Shown here in pieces: positions 28,018 through 38,146 of a DNA stretch of 64,000 nucleotides (positions within the stretch are counted from its first letter, which is position 1; the number at the start of each line of letters is the position of its first letter). Below the pieces are notes generated by a model. The model saw only the letters and a program-made list of their open reading frames with translations, had not been told where the DNA came from and did no database searches. The position numbers were made by a program, and so were the translations under genes. The stretch is from Microbacterium sp. Its GTDB lineage: Bacteria; Actinomycetota; Actinomycetes; Actinomycetales; Microbacteriaceae. Location: positions 175,367 through 239,366 of the forward strand of contig NZ_DATMFG010000054.1 in NCBI RefSeq assembly GCF_035556355.1, in the 5' to 3' direction.

Positions 28018-30512
28018 CCGACCTGGGTCCCGCCGAACGCTACGCGCGGGCGCGCGAGGCCTCGGAGAGCGACCGACGGCACCCGATCACGGCGGCTTTC
28101 GCCGCGTCGCAGCCGTTCGAGCTCGATCCGTTCCAGCTCGAGGCCTGTCGCGCGCTCGAAGAGGGGCGCGGCGTGCTCGTCGCCGCTCCGACGGGCGCCG
28201 GAAAGACGATCGTCGGCGAGTTCGCGGTGCACCTCGCGATGCGCGAGCCCGACACGAAGGCGTTCTACACGACCCCGATCAAGGCGCTGTCGAACCAGAA
28301 GTTCCGCGAGCTGCAGGACGCGTACGGGGCCGACCAGGTCGGTCTGCTCACGGGCGACACGAACATCAACGGCAGTGCCCGCGTCGTCGTCATGACGACC
28401 GAGGTGCTGCGGAACATGCTCTACGCCGACTCGCCGGCGCTGCGCGGCCTGCGCTACGTCGTGATGGACGAGGTGCACTACCTCGCCGACCGGTTCCGCG
28501 GCGCGGTGTGGGAGGAGATCATCATCCATCTGCCGCGCAGCGTGCGGCTCGTGTCGCTTTCGGCGACGGTCTCGAACGCCGAGGAGTTCGGCGACTGGCT
28601 CGACACGGTGCGCGGCGACACCGAGGTGATCGTGTCGGAGACCCGCCCGGTGCCCCTCGAGCAGCACGTGCTCGTGCGCGGCGATCTGCTGCCGCTGTTC
28701 GATGACCGAGCCGGAGTCGCGACGGCGCAGGTGAACCAGGAGCTCATGCGCATCCGCTCCTTCAAGGGCCCGCTGTACGAGGGCAACCGCCGTGCCCAGT
28801 CCTACAACAGTGCCCGGCACGCCGGCTACGAAGCGGCGCGACGTCGTCCGCAGAGAGGCGGCAGGCGACCCGTCCGGTCGGCGAACGTGCGGCGCGTCGA
28901 GCGGCTCGACCGACCCGAGGTCGTGGAGCTGCTGCGGCGCTCGAACCTGCTTCCCGCGATCTTCTTCATCTTCAGCCGAGCCGGATGCGACGGGGCCGTG
29001 CAGCAGGTGCGGCGAGCCGGCCTGCGGCTGACCACGCCCGACGAGCGGCGCGAGATCCGCCGGACGGTCGAGGAGCGCACGCGCACGCTCCTCGACGAGG
29101 ACCTCGCCGTGCTCGGCTATCACGAGTGGCTGGACAACCTCGAGCGCGGTGTCGCGTCGCACCACGCGGGACTGCTGCCGGCGTTCAAGGAGGTCGTGGA
29201 GGAGCTCTTCCAGCGCAAGCTCGTGAAGGTCGTGTTCGCGACCGAGACGCTCGCGCTCGGCATCAACATGCCGGCGCGCACCGTCGTGCTCGAGAAACTC
29301 GAGAAGTTCAACGGCGAGGCGCGCGTCGCGATCACCTCGGGGGAGTACACGCAGCTCACCGGCCGCGCGGGCCGGCGCGGCATCGACGTCGAAGGACACG
29401 CCGTCATCCAGTGGACCGAGGGCCTCGACCCGCAGGCTGTGGCGGCCCTCGCGTCTCGACGCACGTACCCGCTCAACTCGAGCTTCCGGCCGACGTACAA
29501 CATGGCGGTCAACCTCATCGACCGGTTCGGCCGCGCGCGGGCGCGCGAGATCCTCGAGTCCTCGTTCGCCCAGTTCCAGGCCGACCGCGCGGTCGTCGGG
29601 CTCGCTCGCCAGGTGCGCGAGCAGGAGGAGTCGCTCGCCGGGTACGAGAAGGCGATGACGTGCGACCGCGGCGACTTCACCGAGTACTCCGCCATCCGGC
29701 GCGAGCTGAGCGATCTCGAGAAGCTCAACCGCAAGGACGCGAACGCGAGCCGTGCGACGCGTGACAAGCGTCTGCGCGAGATCGCCGCGTTGCGGAAGCG
29801 GATGCAGCGGCATCCGTGCCATCAGTGCCCCGACCGTGAGCGCCACGCGCGCTGGGCCGAGCGGTACTGGAAGCTCAAGCGGCAGATCGACCGGCTGCGA
29901 CAGCAGATCGACACGCGCACGGGCACGGTGGCGCGCATCTTCGACCGCGTCGTCGAGGTGCTCGAGGTGCTCGACTACGTGCGCGTCGCGGAAGACGGCA
30001 CGACGACTCTCACCCCGGCGGGGCGAACGATGCGCCGCATCTACGGAGAGCGAGACCTGCTCGTCGCGGAGTCGCTGCGGGTCGGGACGTGGAACGATCT
30101 CGATGCGGCCTCGGTCGCGGCGCTGGCGTGCTGCCTCGTGTACGAGCCGCGGCGAGACGAGTCGGGACCGGGGGAGCACGGGCTCCCGCGCGGTCCCTTC
30201 CGGCGCGCCCTCTCCGACACGCAGACCCTTTGGCAGCAGCTCGACGATCTGGAGCGCGACCACCGCCTGCCGGGATCCGAGCCACTCGGCACGGGCCTCG
30301 CCCTCGCGATGCACTCATGGGCGCGCGGCATGCCGCTCGACCGCGTGCTGAGCGAGGCGGACCTCGCCGCCGGCGACTTCGTGCGATGGGCGAAGCAGAC
30401 GATCGACCTGCTCGACCAGCTATCGATCGTGGCAGACCAGTCCGTCGCATCGACGGCGCGCAAGGCCCTCGAGTCGGTGCGTCGGGGCATCGTCGCGCAC
30501 ACGACCGTCTGA
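28014..30512 (+). CDS. helY: HelY/Ski2-like DEAD/DEAH helicase
   Basis: APTGAGKT, DEVHYL, SATVSN, TETLALGINMPA, GRAGRRG, C-terminal DSHCT-like GDFVRW; position after tatC. Confidence 0.9.
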   Translation: MTDLGPAERYARAREASESDRRHPITAAFAASQPFELDPFQLEACRALEEGRGVLVAAPTGAGKTIVGEFAVHLAMREPDTKAFYTTPIKALSNQKFRELQDAYGADQVGLLTGDTNINGSARVVVMTTEVLRNMLYADSPALRGLRYVVMDEVHYLADRFRGAVWEEIIIHLPRSVRLVSLSATVSNAEEFGDWLDTVRGDTEVIVSETRPVPLEQHVLVRGDLLPLFDDRAGVATAQVNQELMRIRSFKGPLYEGNRRAQSYNSARHAGYEAARRRPQRGGRRPVRSANVRRVERLDRPEVVELLRRSNLLPAIFFIFSRAGCDGAVQQVRRAGLRLTTPDERREIRRTVEERTRTLLDEDLAVLGYHEWLDNLERGVASHHAGLLPAFKEVVEELFQRKLVKVVFATETLALGINMPARTVVLEKLEKFNGEARVAITSGEYTQLTGRAGRRGIDVEGHAVIQWTEGLDPQAVAALASRRTYPLNSSFRPTYNMAVNLIDRFGRARAREILESSFAQFQADRAVVGLARQVREQEESLAGYEKAMTCDRGDFTEYSAIRRELSDLEKLNRKDANASRATRDKRLREIAALRKRMQRHPCHQCPDRERHARWAERYWKLKRQIDRLRQQIDTRTGTVARIFDRVVEVLEVLDYVRVAEDGTTTLTPAGRTMRRIYGERDLLVAESLRVGTWNDLDAASVAALACCLVYEPRRDESGPGEHGLPRGPFRRALSDTQTLWQQLDDLERDHRLPGSEPLGTGLALAMHSWARGMPLDRVLSEADLAAGDFVRWAKQTIDLLDQLSIVADQSVASTARKALESVRRGIVAHTTV

Positions 30513-30533
30513 GAGCGCCCGTAGGGTTGTTCC

Positions 30534-32138
30534 GTGCCCCTCTCCGAGCCCGAGCGACCCGTCCTGCCGCTGTGGGCCGCCGTCGTCGCATCGGCCGCCG
30601 GTGGGCTTCTGCTCGACGTGGCGTTCCCATCGGTGGGATGGTGGCCGATGGCGTTCGCGGCGATCGCGCTCGCGCTCGTGAGTCTCATCGGGCGCACAGC
30701 CGGCGGCGCGTTGCTCGCGGGGTTCGTCTTCGGAGTCGCGTTCTATCTCATGAACGTCGACTTCACGGCACGTTGGGTCGGGCCGCTGCCGTGGGTCGCG
30801 CTCTCGGTCTTCGAGTCGCTGTTCGTCGCCGCCGGAGCACTGCTCCTGACCCTGGCCTACCGCTGGGTGCCCCGTGTGCTGCCCGCGCGCTGGGCTCGGC
30901 TCACGGTGCTCCCGGCGATCGTGGCGGGGCTGTGGACGGCCCGCGAGGAGGTCACGGGCGGCTTCCCGTACGGCGGGTTCCCGTGGGGCAGAGTCGGAAC
31001 GAGTCAGGTCGGCGGCCCGCTCATCGAGGTCGTCTCGTGGATCGGGACGGCCGGACTGTCGTTCCTCGTCGTCGCGCTCACCGCCGCCGCGATCGAGATC
31101 GTCCGCACGGCGTCGTGGCGGGAGCGGGCCACTGCCGTCCGCGAGAGTGCGATCCCGCTCGGGACGGTCGTCGTCGCGCTGGTCGCGCTCGGCATCGTCC
31201 CCGCGTGGCAGACGACGCCGGACGGCGACATCCGCGTCGTGAGCGTGCAGGGCAACGGACCTGCAGGCTACTTCGACGTGCGGGAACGGGGCGACATCCT
31301 CGTGTCTCAGTTCGATGCGACGGAGCCGCTGTTCGGCGAGCAGGACGTCGACGCCGTGGTGTGGCCCGAGGGCTCGGTCGACCTCGATCCGCGCGACTCG
31401 GCGGTCGCGGCATCCGCCCTCAACCGCGTCTCGCGCTCGTTCGACGCGCCGCTCGTCGCGAACATGGTGCGCCTCGAGGGCGACGAGTTCTTCAACACGT
31501 CGTTCGTGTGGATCGCGGGCGAGGGTATGACGCAGACGTACGACAAGCGCAATCCCGTGCCCTTCGGCGAGTACGTGCCCGACCGCGCGTTCTATCGCGC
31601 GATCGCCCCGGACCTCATCGACATGATCGGCCGGGACTACACACCCGGAGTGAACCCGCCCGTGTTCGACCTCGACCGGTTCCGCGCGGGCCTCGCGATC
31701 TGCTTCGACGTCATCTACGACGCGCTCGTGTGGGAGGGCGCCACAGACGGCGCGGACGTGTACTTCTTCCAGACGAACAACGCCGACTTCCGCGGCACCG
31801 ACGAGAATCTGCAGCAGCTCGCCGTCGCGCGCCTGCGCGCGATCGAGACGGGCCGCTCGGTCGTCAACATCTCGACGGTCGGCACGAGCCAGGTGATCGC
31901 TCCCGACGGTACGACGGTGGACTCGCTGCCGGCGGATGAGCCGGGGGCGATGCTCACCGACGTCGAGCTGCGGACGGGGCTCACGCCCGCCGTCGTCGCC
32001 GGCGTTTGGGTCAAAGCCGTCGTCGGGTGGGGGAGCGTGGCCACCCTCGCCGTCATCGCGGGGCTCGTCGCCGCCCGCCTGCGTGCGAACGCGAAAACGC
32101 CGGCCCCCGAAGGGACCGGCGTCTCTGAGCCGATGTGA
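30534..32138 (+). CDS. lnt: Apolipoprotein N-acyltransferase
   Basis: N-terminal TMs, FPYGGFPW, WPE, YDKRNPVPFGEY, ICFD. Confidence 0.92.
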   Translation: MPLSEPERPVLPLWAAVVASAAGGLLLDVAFPSVGWWPMAFAAIALALVSLIGRTAGGALLAGFVFGVAFYLMNVDFTARWVGPLPWVALSVFESLFVAAGALLLTLAYRWVPRVLPARWARLTVLPAIVAGLWTAREEVTGGFPYGGFPWGRVGTSQVGGPLIEVVSWIGTAGLSFLVVALTAAAIEIVRTASWRERATAVRESAIPLGTVVVALVALGIVPAWQTTPDGDIRVVSVQGNGPAGYFDVRERGDILVSQFDATEPLFGEQDVDAVVWPEGSVDLDPRDSAVAASALNRVSRSFDAPLVANMVRLEGDEFFNTSFVWIAGEGMTQTYDKRNPVPFGEYVPDRAFYRAIAPDLIDMIGRDYTPGVNPPVFDLDRFRAGLAICFDVIYDALVWEGATDGADVYFFQTNNADFRGTDENLQQLAVARLRAIETGRSVVNISTVGTSQVIAPDGTTVDSLPADEPGAMLTDVELRTGLTPAVVAGVWVKAVVGWGSVATLAVIAGLVAARLRANAKTPAPEGTGVSEPM

Positions 32139-32143
32139 CCGCG

Positions 32144-32536
32144 TCAGGCGGTCATGCGGTCGGCTGACTCCTTGGTGACGTCCTCGCCGGCGCCGCGACG
32201 CGCGCGGATGTAGGCGAGACGCTCCTCCAGGAGCTCCTCGAGCTCCGGGATGGTGCGACGCTCCAGCAGCATGTCCCAGTGGGTGCGCGGAGCCTTGTCG
32301 TCACTGTGGTCGACCGACGCGGTCTTGTCGCCGATGCGCAGAAGAGCCTCGGCGCCGCACGTGCGGCACTCCCAGGTCGGGGGCACCTCGGCGTCGGCTG
32401 CGAAAGTAAGGGTCGTGTCACGTCCACACGACGTACACGAGTACGTGTGCTGTGCGCGCTCATGAAAGACGACGCCCTCTTCGCTCTGTAAGCTCTGGGC
32501 GCCGATCCGGATGCCGCGCAGGCTGCGGTCTGCCAT
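32144..32536 (-). CDS. rbpA: RNA polymerase-binding protein RbpA
   Basis: MADRSLRG, CxxC..WxCxxC zinc ribbon, RTHWDMLLERRTIPELEELLEERL. Confidence 0.95.
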   Translation of the reverse strand: MADRSLRGIRIGAQSLQSEEGVVFHERAQHTYSCTSCGRDTTLTFAADAEVPPTWECRTCGAEALLRIGDKTASVDHSDDKAPRTHWDMLLERRTIPELEELLEERLAYIRARRGAGEDVTKESADRMTA

Positions 32537-32672
32537 TGTGTGGTCCTCTCGTCGCTATAGAGGTATAACGAAGCGACCTGTGCGGATACTCCAAACGGAG
32601 GCCTCGAGGGCGGCTTTCACAGCGCGCGAGCGGGCCTTTCACAGTGGACGCACAGGCGCGCGATCCACCCGA

Positions 32673-33476
32673 TCAGGACAGCGCGTCGAGGGCGATGTCG
32701 GCGCGGTCCGTGACGATCCCGTCGACCCCCATCGCGACGAGCCTGCGCATGTCGGCCGGGTCGTTCACGGTCCACACGTGCACCTCGAGGCCGTGCCTGT
32801 GCGCGGCCGCCACGAGACGGGGAGTGACGACCCGCAGTGCGCCTCGCCGCTCCGGCACCTGGAGCGCGTCGACGCCCGCCAGGACGCGCCTCACGAGCCG
32901 CTCGGAGCGCACCGCGAGGGCCGACAGGAGGCGCACGACCGTCTCGGTGCCGGGAGAGGTGGCGGGACGGATGCCGCCGCTTTCCTCCGCCGTGCGCAGC
33001 GCCTCGCGCCGCCGCGCGTCCGAGAAGCTCGTCACGAGCACGCGGTCGCCGTGCTTCGCCACGAGGCGGCCTACCGGGGTCGCGGCATCCGCCGCCTTCA
33101 CATCGAGGTTGAACCGCAGAGTCGGGAACGCCTCGAGCGCCTGCTCGAGCGTGATGAGTCCGCCGCGCGACTCCATGAGCCCCTCGAGCTCGCGCGTCGT
33201 CACCTGGGCGACGGTGCGCGGATCCCCCGTCACGCGGACGAGGCTCTCGTCGTGGAAGAGCACGACGGTGCCGTCGGCGGTGAGGTGGCAGTCTGACTCG
33301 ACGTACGTCACGCCCGCGGCGTGCGCGGCGGCGACGGCCGCGAAGGAGTTCTCGACGACGCCGTCACGCGCGTCGGAGGGCACGACGAGACCCCGGTGGG
33401 CGAGCACTCGCGGCGCGTCGGTGGCGGTGAACCACGGATGCCGCGCCCCTGGTTCCGGCCGCTCAGGCGCCGGCAT
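32673..33476 (-). CDS. Glycerophosphodiester phosphodiesterase family protein
   Basis: AHRG, ENS, ESDCHLTADG..HD, VHVWTVND, VDGIVTD; start uncertain. Confidence 0.88.
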   Translation of the reverse strand: MPAPERPEPGARHPWFTATDAPRVLAHRGLVVPSDARDGVVENSFAAVAAAHAAGVTYVESDCHLTADGTVVLFHDESLVRVTGDPRTVAQVTTRELEGLMESRGGLITLEQALEAFPTLRFNLDVKAADAATPVGRLVAKHGDRVLVTSFSDARRREALRTAEESGGIRPATSPGTETVVRLLSALAVRSERLVRRVLAGVDALQVPERRGALRVVTPRLVAAAHRHGLEVHVWTVNDPADMRRLVAMGVDGIVTDRADIALDALS

Positions 33477-34695
33477 CCGCCTCTCGGTTCGTCTCGTTCG
33501 CGTCGCCTGCGGCGTCACCCGACGACGGGGCGGGCGGAACAGGAGGCAGCGGCGGCACGGGCGGGATGTCCATCTCCGGCGCGGGCGGGGTCGCCGGTTC
33601 GGGCGGGGTGACGTGTCGCTCATCGGGCAGCCTGCCGCTCACGTCGGCGCGCGCTTCGCTCGCGATCTCGTCGGCCTCCGAGGCCGCTTCGTGCGCGGCC
33701 GCGACCGCCTCTTCTGCCGTCGAGTGCGCCGCGGTGAAGGACGACCGACGAGGTGTGGAAGAGCCGGCGGCACCGCCACCGCCGCTTCCCGCGGCCCGAC
33801 CGGCGAACGCCTGCCCGATGCCGTTGAGGGCCTCGGTGAACTCGCTCGGGATGATCCACAGCTTGCTCGAGGGGCTCTCGGCGATCTTGGGCAGCGTCTG
33901 CAGGTACTGGTACGCGAGCAGCTTGTCATCGGGGTCGCCGACGTGGATCGCGTTGAACACCGTCTCGATGGCCTCGGCCTCGCCCTGGGCGCGCAGCACC
34001 GCTGCCTGCTTGTCGCCCTCGGCGCGCAGGATCTCGGCCTGGCGCATACCCTCGGCCTCGAGGATCGCCGACTGCTTGGTTCCCTCGGCGGTGAGGATCG
34101 CGGCGCGACGGTCTCGCTCGGCGCGCATCTGCTTCTCCATCGAGTCCTGGATCGACAGGGGCGGGTCGATCGCCTTGAGCTCGACACGGGACACGCGCAA
34201 GCCCCACTTGCCGGTCGCCTCGTCGAGCACGACGCGAAGCTGGCCGTTGATCTCGTCACGGCTCGTGAGCGCCTCTTCGAGGTTCAGGCCGCCGACGACG
34301 TTGCGGAGCGTGGTGGTCGTGAGCTGCTCGACCGCGCTCAGGTAGTTCGCGATCTCGTACGTCGCGGCGCGGGCGTCGGTGACCTGGAAGTACACGACGG
34401 TGTCGATCGAGACGACCAGGTTGTCTTCGGTGATGACCGGCTGCGGCGGGAACGAGACGACCTGCTCGCGCATGTCGACGAGCGGGCGGAGCCGGTCGAT
34501 GAACGGCACGAGGAGGTTCAGGCCGGGTTGCAGCGTGCGCTGATAGCGGCCGAGACGCTCGACGATGCCGGCGTACGCCTGGGGGATGATCCGGATCGAT
34601 CGGAAGATCACCACGACGACGAAGATCGCCAGGACGATCAGCAGGACGATGATGAAGATCTGGCCGATGAAGGCGCCGGGATCGACGGTGTTCAT
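33463..34695 (-). CDS. SPFH/band 7/stomatin-like protein
   Basis: IVERLGRYQRTLQPG, QPVITEDN, TTLRNVVG, MEKQMRAER; Pro-rich tail. Confidence 0.92.
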   Translation of the reverse strand: MNTVDPGAFIGQIFIIVLLIVLAIFVVVVIFRSIRIIPQAYAGIVERLGRYQRTLQPGLNLLVPFIDRLRPLVDMREQVVSFPPQPVITEDNLVVSIDTVVYFQVTDARAATYEIANYLSAVEQLTTTTLRNVVGGLNLEEALTSRDEINGQLRVVLDEATGKWGLRVSRVELKAIDPPLSIQDSMEKQMRAERDRRAAILTAEGTKQSAILEAEGMRQAEILRAEGDKQAAVLRAQGEAEAIETVFNAIHVGDPDDKLLAYQYLQTLPKIAESPSSKLWIIPSEFTEALNGIGQAFAGRAAGSGGGGAAGSSTPRRSSFTAAHSTAEEAVAAAHEAASEADEIASEARADVSGRLPDERHVTPPEPATPPAPEMDIPPVPPLPPVPPAPSSGDAAGDANETNREADAGA

Positions 34696-35207
34696 GTGGG
34701 GAGCCCTTCGTCGGGTGCAGGGGGAGAGGGCGGAGGGGACGAATCGGCGGCGGGCGTGACCTCGACGATCGCTCCGCGGACCGCTGCCACGACGACACGA
34801 TCGCCCACATCCAGCGGCGCGGATTCGTGGCCGGGTGCGAGCAGCGCGGTCCACGTCTCGCCGTTGTCGAGGCGCACCGACCCGTTGCCGTCGACGAACC
34901 GCACGGTCACGCGGGCGCCGAGGCCCGGGAGCGCGTCGACGTTCGTCTTGACCAGTTCGGAGCTGCGGCGCAGCGTGCGCAGCAGGAGCGGCCGGATCGT
35001 GAAGAGGAGCAGGACGGAGAGCGTCGCGGCGACCGCGATCTGCAGCCACCACGGGCCGCCGACCAGCCAGACGCCGAGGCCCCCGATGAGTGCACCGGCG
35101 GCGAGCATGAGGAACGTGAACTCGAGCGTGAGCAACTCGATGATGATGAACAACAGCGCCAGGACGAGCCATGCGATCCACGTGTACTGCGTGAGATCCG
35201 GCAGCAT
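34692..35207 (-). CDS. NfeD-like (OB-fold) partner of the SPFH protein
   Basis: IIELLTLEFTFLM TMs, GSVRLDNGETWTA; overlaps the SPFH start. Confidence 0.88.
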   Translation of the reverse strand: MLPDLTQYTWIAWLVLALLFIIIELLTLEFTFLMLAAGALIGGLGVWLVGGPWWLQIAVAATLSVLLLFTIRPLLLRTLRRSSELVKTNVDALPGLGARVTVRFVDGNGSVRLDNGETWTALLAPGHESAPLDVGDRVVVAAVRGAIVEVTPAADSSPPPSPPAPDEGLPT

Positions 35208-35329
35208 CGCCCCTCCCGTCCGGTCGGCCTGTTTGAACACTAACACCGGCGGTGAGCGGAACGCCGCTTGATAGGGTCGAGACCGCCCGGCGCGGTGTGC
35301 CGCGGCATCCGATTCCCCAGGAGTGCCCC

Positions 35330-36094
35330 ATGTCACAGCCTCTGGCCCCCGATTCGCTGCGCGGCAAGACCGCCCTCGTCACCGGGTCGTCGCGCGGCAT
35401 CGGCGCCGACACCGCGCGCTATCTCGCGCAGGCCGGCGCGGACGTCGTCATCAACTACCGCAACAAGGCGCCTCGCGCCGAGAAGCTCGCGAACGAGCTC
35501 CGCGAGCTCGGCGTGCAGGTGCTCGTCGTGGGCGCCGACCTGACCGACGAGCACTCGGTCGCGGCGATGTTCGCCGAGGTGGAGAGCGCGTTCGGCGGAC
35601 TCGACATCCTCGTGCTCAATGCGTCCGGCGGCATGGAGTCGGGCATGGGCGAGGACTATGCGCTGCGGCTCAACCGCGACGCTCAGCTCGGCGTGCTCGA
35701 CGCGGCGCTGCCGCTCATGCGCGACGGCTCCCGAGTGGTGTTCGTCACGAGTCACCAGGCGCACTTCATCCGCACGACGCCGACGATGCCGGAGTACGAG
35801 CCGGTGGCGCTGTCCAAGCGCGCGGGTGAGGACGCCTTGCGCGAGCGCATCCCCGAGCTCGCGGAGCGCGGCATCGGATTCGTGGTCGTGTCGGGCGACA
35901 TGATCGAGGGCACGATCACCGCGACCCTGCTCGAGCGCGCGAACCCGGGCGCGATCGCGTCGCGCCGCGAGTCGGCCGGGCGCCTCTACAACGTGTCCGA
36001 GTTCGCGGCCGAGGTCGCGCAGGCAGCCGTCGACCCGATCCCCGACGACAACACCCGCCTCGTGGGCGACATCAGCTCGTTCGCGGGGGAGTGA
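35330..36094 (+). CDS. SDR family oxidoreductase
   Basis: TALVTGSSRGIG, DILVLNAS. Confidence 0.85.
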   Translation: MSQPLAPDSLRGKTALVTGSSRGIGADTARYLAQAGADVVINYRNKAPRAEKLANELRELGVQVLVVGADLTDEHSVAAMFAEVESAFGGLDILVLNASGGMESGMGEDYALRLNRDAQLGVLDAALPLMRDGSRVVFVTSHQAHFIRTTPTMPEYEPVALSKRAGEDALRERIPELAERGIGFVVVSGDMIEGTITATLLERANPGAIASRRESAGRLYNVSEFAAEVAQAAVDPIPDDNTRLVGDISSFAGE

Positions 36095-36095
36095 C

Positions 36096-38090
36096 ATGCG
36101 CGCCGAAGACATCGAAGCCCTCATCGCGGTCGGGCGGCCCACGATCGCGCGGGACGGATCGTTCGCGGTGTTCGCGATGTCCCGTCCCGACATCGCCGCC
36201 AACAGCAACGTCGGCCAGTTGTGGCGCGTCGACCTCCCCGACGGAACTCCTCGCCGCCTGACGCGCGGCAAAGCCGACGGCTCGCCCCGCCTGTCTCCCG
36301 ACGGCGCACGCATCGCGTTCACCAGGCTCGACGCCAAGGGCAGGCCGCAGCTGTTCGTCGTGGATGCGACAGGCGGCGAGCCGGTTCAGGCGACGGACGC
36401 CCCGCTGGGCGTGGGCGACTTCGACTGGTCACCCGACGGCACCGTCCTCGGCTTCACGGCCCGCGTGCCCGAGAAGGGCCGCTACGGCACCGTGGAAGGG
36501 CTTGACCCCAACGCCGAATCGCCCCGCCGCATCACCGGCGTCCGGTGGCACGCGAACGGCCTCGGGTACATCGCCGACCGCCCCGCGCACGTGTTCGTCG
36601 TGGCCGCACCGCAGACCGACTCCGAGCCCTTCTACGAGCCTGCGCCCGCGGTGATCGCCGAGGGAGACGAACCGCCGAAGAAGAGGATCGTCGCCCACGA
36701 GGCGACCCAACTGACGCACGGTGACCGCTCGCACTCGGGCATCGCCTTCTCCGGCGACGAGATCCTCACGACCGTCGACGAGATCGAGCGCGAGCGTCGC
36801 GACCTCCGCTCGCCGCTCATCGCGGTGCGCACCGACGGCTCGGGGGAGCGCGAGCTCATCGGCCGCGACGCGAATCTCGGAATCGGCGGTGTGGCGGTCG
36901 CCGACGACGGCACGATCGCGTTCCTCGGCGACGACGTCGGGCCCGAGGGCGTGGACTTCGTCGCGCCGATCACGTCGCTGTGGGTGCTCGAGGCCGACGG
37001 TCCGCGACGCGTGACGGATGCCGAGACCGTCGACCTCGGTGAGGTCGGCAGCCACATCACGCCACTCGGCGAAGACTTCCTCGTGCAGGACCGAACGCGC
37101 GGCCGTGTGCGCCTGCTCCGCGTCACCCGCGCCGGCGCCGTGACCGAGGTGCTCGGCGGAGACGTCGAGGTGGGCGGGCACGACGCCGCGGGCGACCGCA
37201 TCGTCGCCGCCGCCGCGACGCCGGATTCGTACGGCGAGCTCTTCCTCATCGACGGCGGCGCCGCGCCTCGCGTGCTCACCGCGTTCGGCGCGCGTGCCGC
37301 CGCGGCGGGGATCGTCGCCCCGACCGAGCTCTCGGTCGACGCACGAGACGGCTACCCGGTGCACGGATGGGTCGCCAAGCCTGAGGGCGAAGGACCGTTC
37401 CCCGTCATCCTCCAGATCCACGGCGGCCCGTACGCCTCTTACGGCGTGCACCTCTTCGACGAGACGCAGGTGCTCGTCGACGCCGGCTACGCGGTCGTGT
37501 ACTGCAACCCGCGCGGCTCGGCCGGCTACGGGCGAGAGCACGGGCGGAGCATCCGTCAGGCCATGGGGACCGTCGACTTCACCGACGTCATCGACTTCCT
37601 CGACGGCGCGGTCGCAGCCGACTCCGCGCTCGACGGCGACCGCCTCGGCGTGATGGGCGGCTCGTACGGCGGATACCTCACGGCATGGGTCATCGCACAC
37701 GACCACCGGTTCGCCGGAGCCATCGTGGAGCGCGGGTTCCTCGACCCGACTTCGTTCCAGGGAACGAGCGACATCGGCTCGTTCTTCGGGGACGAGTACG
37801 TCGGCACCGACCCCGACGCGATCGCGCGGCAGAGCCCCCTCGCGGTCGTCGATCAGGTGCGCACCCCGACGCTCGTCATGCACTCCGAGCTCGACTTCCG
37901 GTGCCCGCTCGAGCAGGCGACCCGGTACTACAGCGCGCTCGTGCGCAACGGCGTTGACGCGGAGCTGCTCGTCTTCCCCGGCGAGAATCACGAGCTGTCG
38001 CGGTCCGGCCAGCCGCGCCACCGCATCGAGCGCTTCGCGGCGATCCTCGACTGGTGGGCGCGCAGGCTGCCCGTCAAGACGCCCTCCTGA
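36096..38090 (+). CDS. S9 family (acylaminoacyl/dipeptidyl) peptidase
   Basis: Beta-propeller PD40-like repeats; IHGGP, GGSYGG, SELDFRC, GENHELS catalytic triad. Confidence 0.92.
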   Translation: MRAEDIEALIAVGRPTIARDGSFAVFAMSRPDIAANSNVGQLWRVDLPDGTPRRLTRGKADGSPRLSPDGARIAFTRLDAKGRPQLFVVDATGGEPVQATDAPLGVGDFDWSPDGTVLGFTARVPEKGRYGTVEGLDPNAESPRRITGVRWHANGLGYIADRPAHVFVVAAPQTDSEPFYEPAPAVIAEGDEPPKKRIVAHEATQLTHGDRSHSGIAFSGDEILTTVDEIERERRDLRSPLIAVRTDGSGERELIGRDANLGIGGVAVADDGTIAFLGDDVGPEGVDFVAPITSLWVLEADGPRRVTDAETVDLGEVGSHITPLGEDFLVQDRTRGRVRLLRVTRAGAVTEVLGGDVEVGGHDAAGDRIVAAAATPDSYGELFLIDGGAAPRVLTAFGARAAAAGIVAPTELSVDARDGYPVHGWVAKPEGEGPFPVILQIHGGPYASYGVHLFDETQVLVDAGYAVVYCNPRGSAGYGREHGRSIRQAMGTVDFTDVIDFLDGAVAADSALDGDRLGVMGGSYGGYLTAWVIAHDHRFAGAIVERGFLDPTSFQGTSDIGSFFGDEYVGTDPDAIARQSPLAVVDQVRTPTLVMHSELDFRCPLEQATRYYSALVRNGVDAELLVFPGENHELSRSGQPRHRIERFAAILDWWARRLPVKTPS

Positions 38091-38102
38091 CAGATCACGC
38101 GA

Positions 38103-38134
38103 AGAGCCCCCGGAACCGCGGTTCCGGGGGCTCT
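38103..38134. terminator. Perfect 32-bp palindrome between convergent genes (probable bidirectional terminator)
   Basis: AGAGCCCCCGGAACCGCGGTTCCGGGGGCTCT. Confidence 0.7.
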
Positions 38135-38146
38135 CGTCGTACGAGG

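Noticed and set aside
33463-33800. Pro/Ala-rich low-complexity tail of the SPFH protein as a repeat element
   Set aside because: No nucleotide-level periodicity; disordered tails are common in this family
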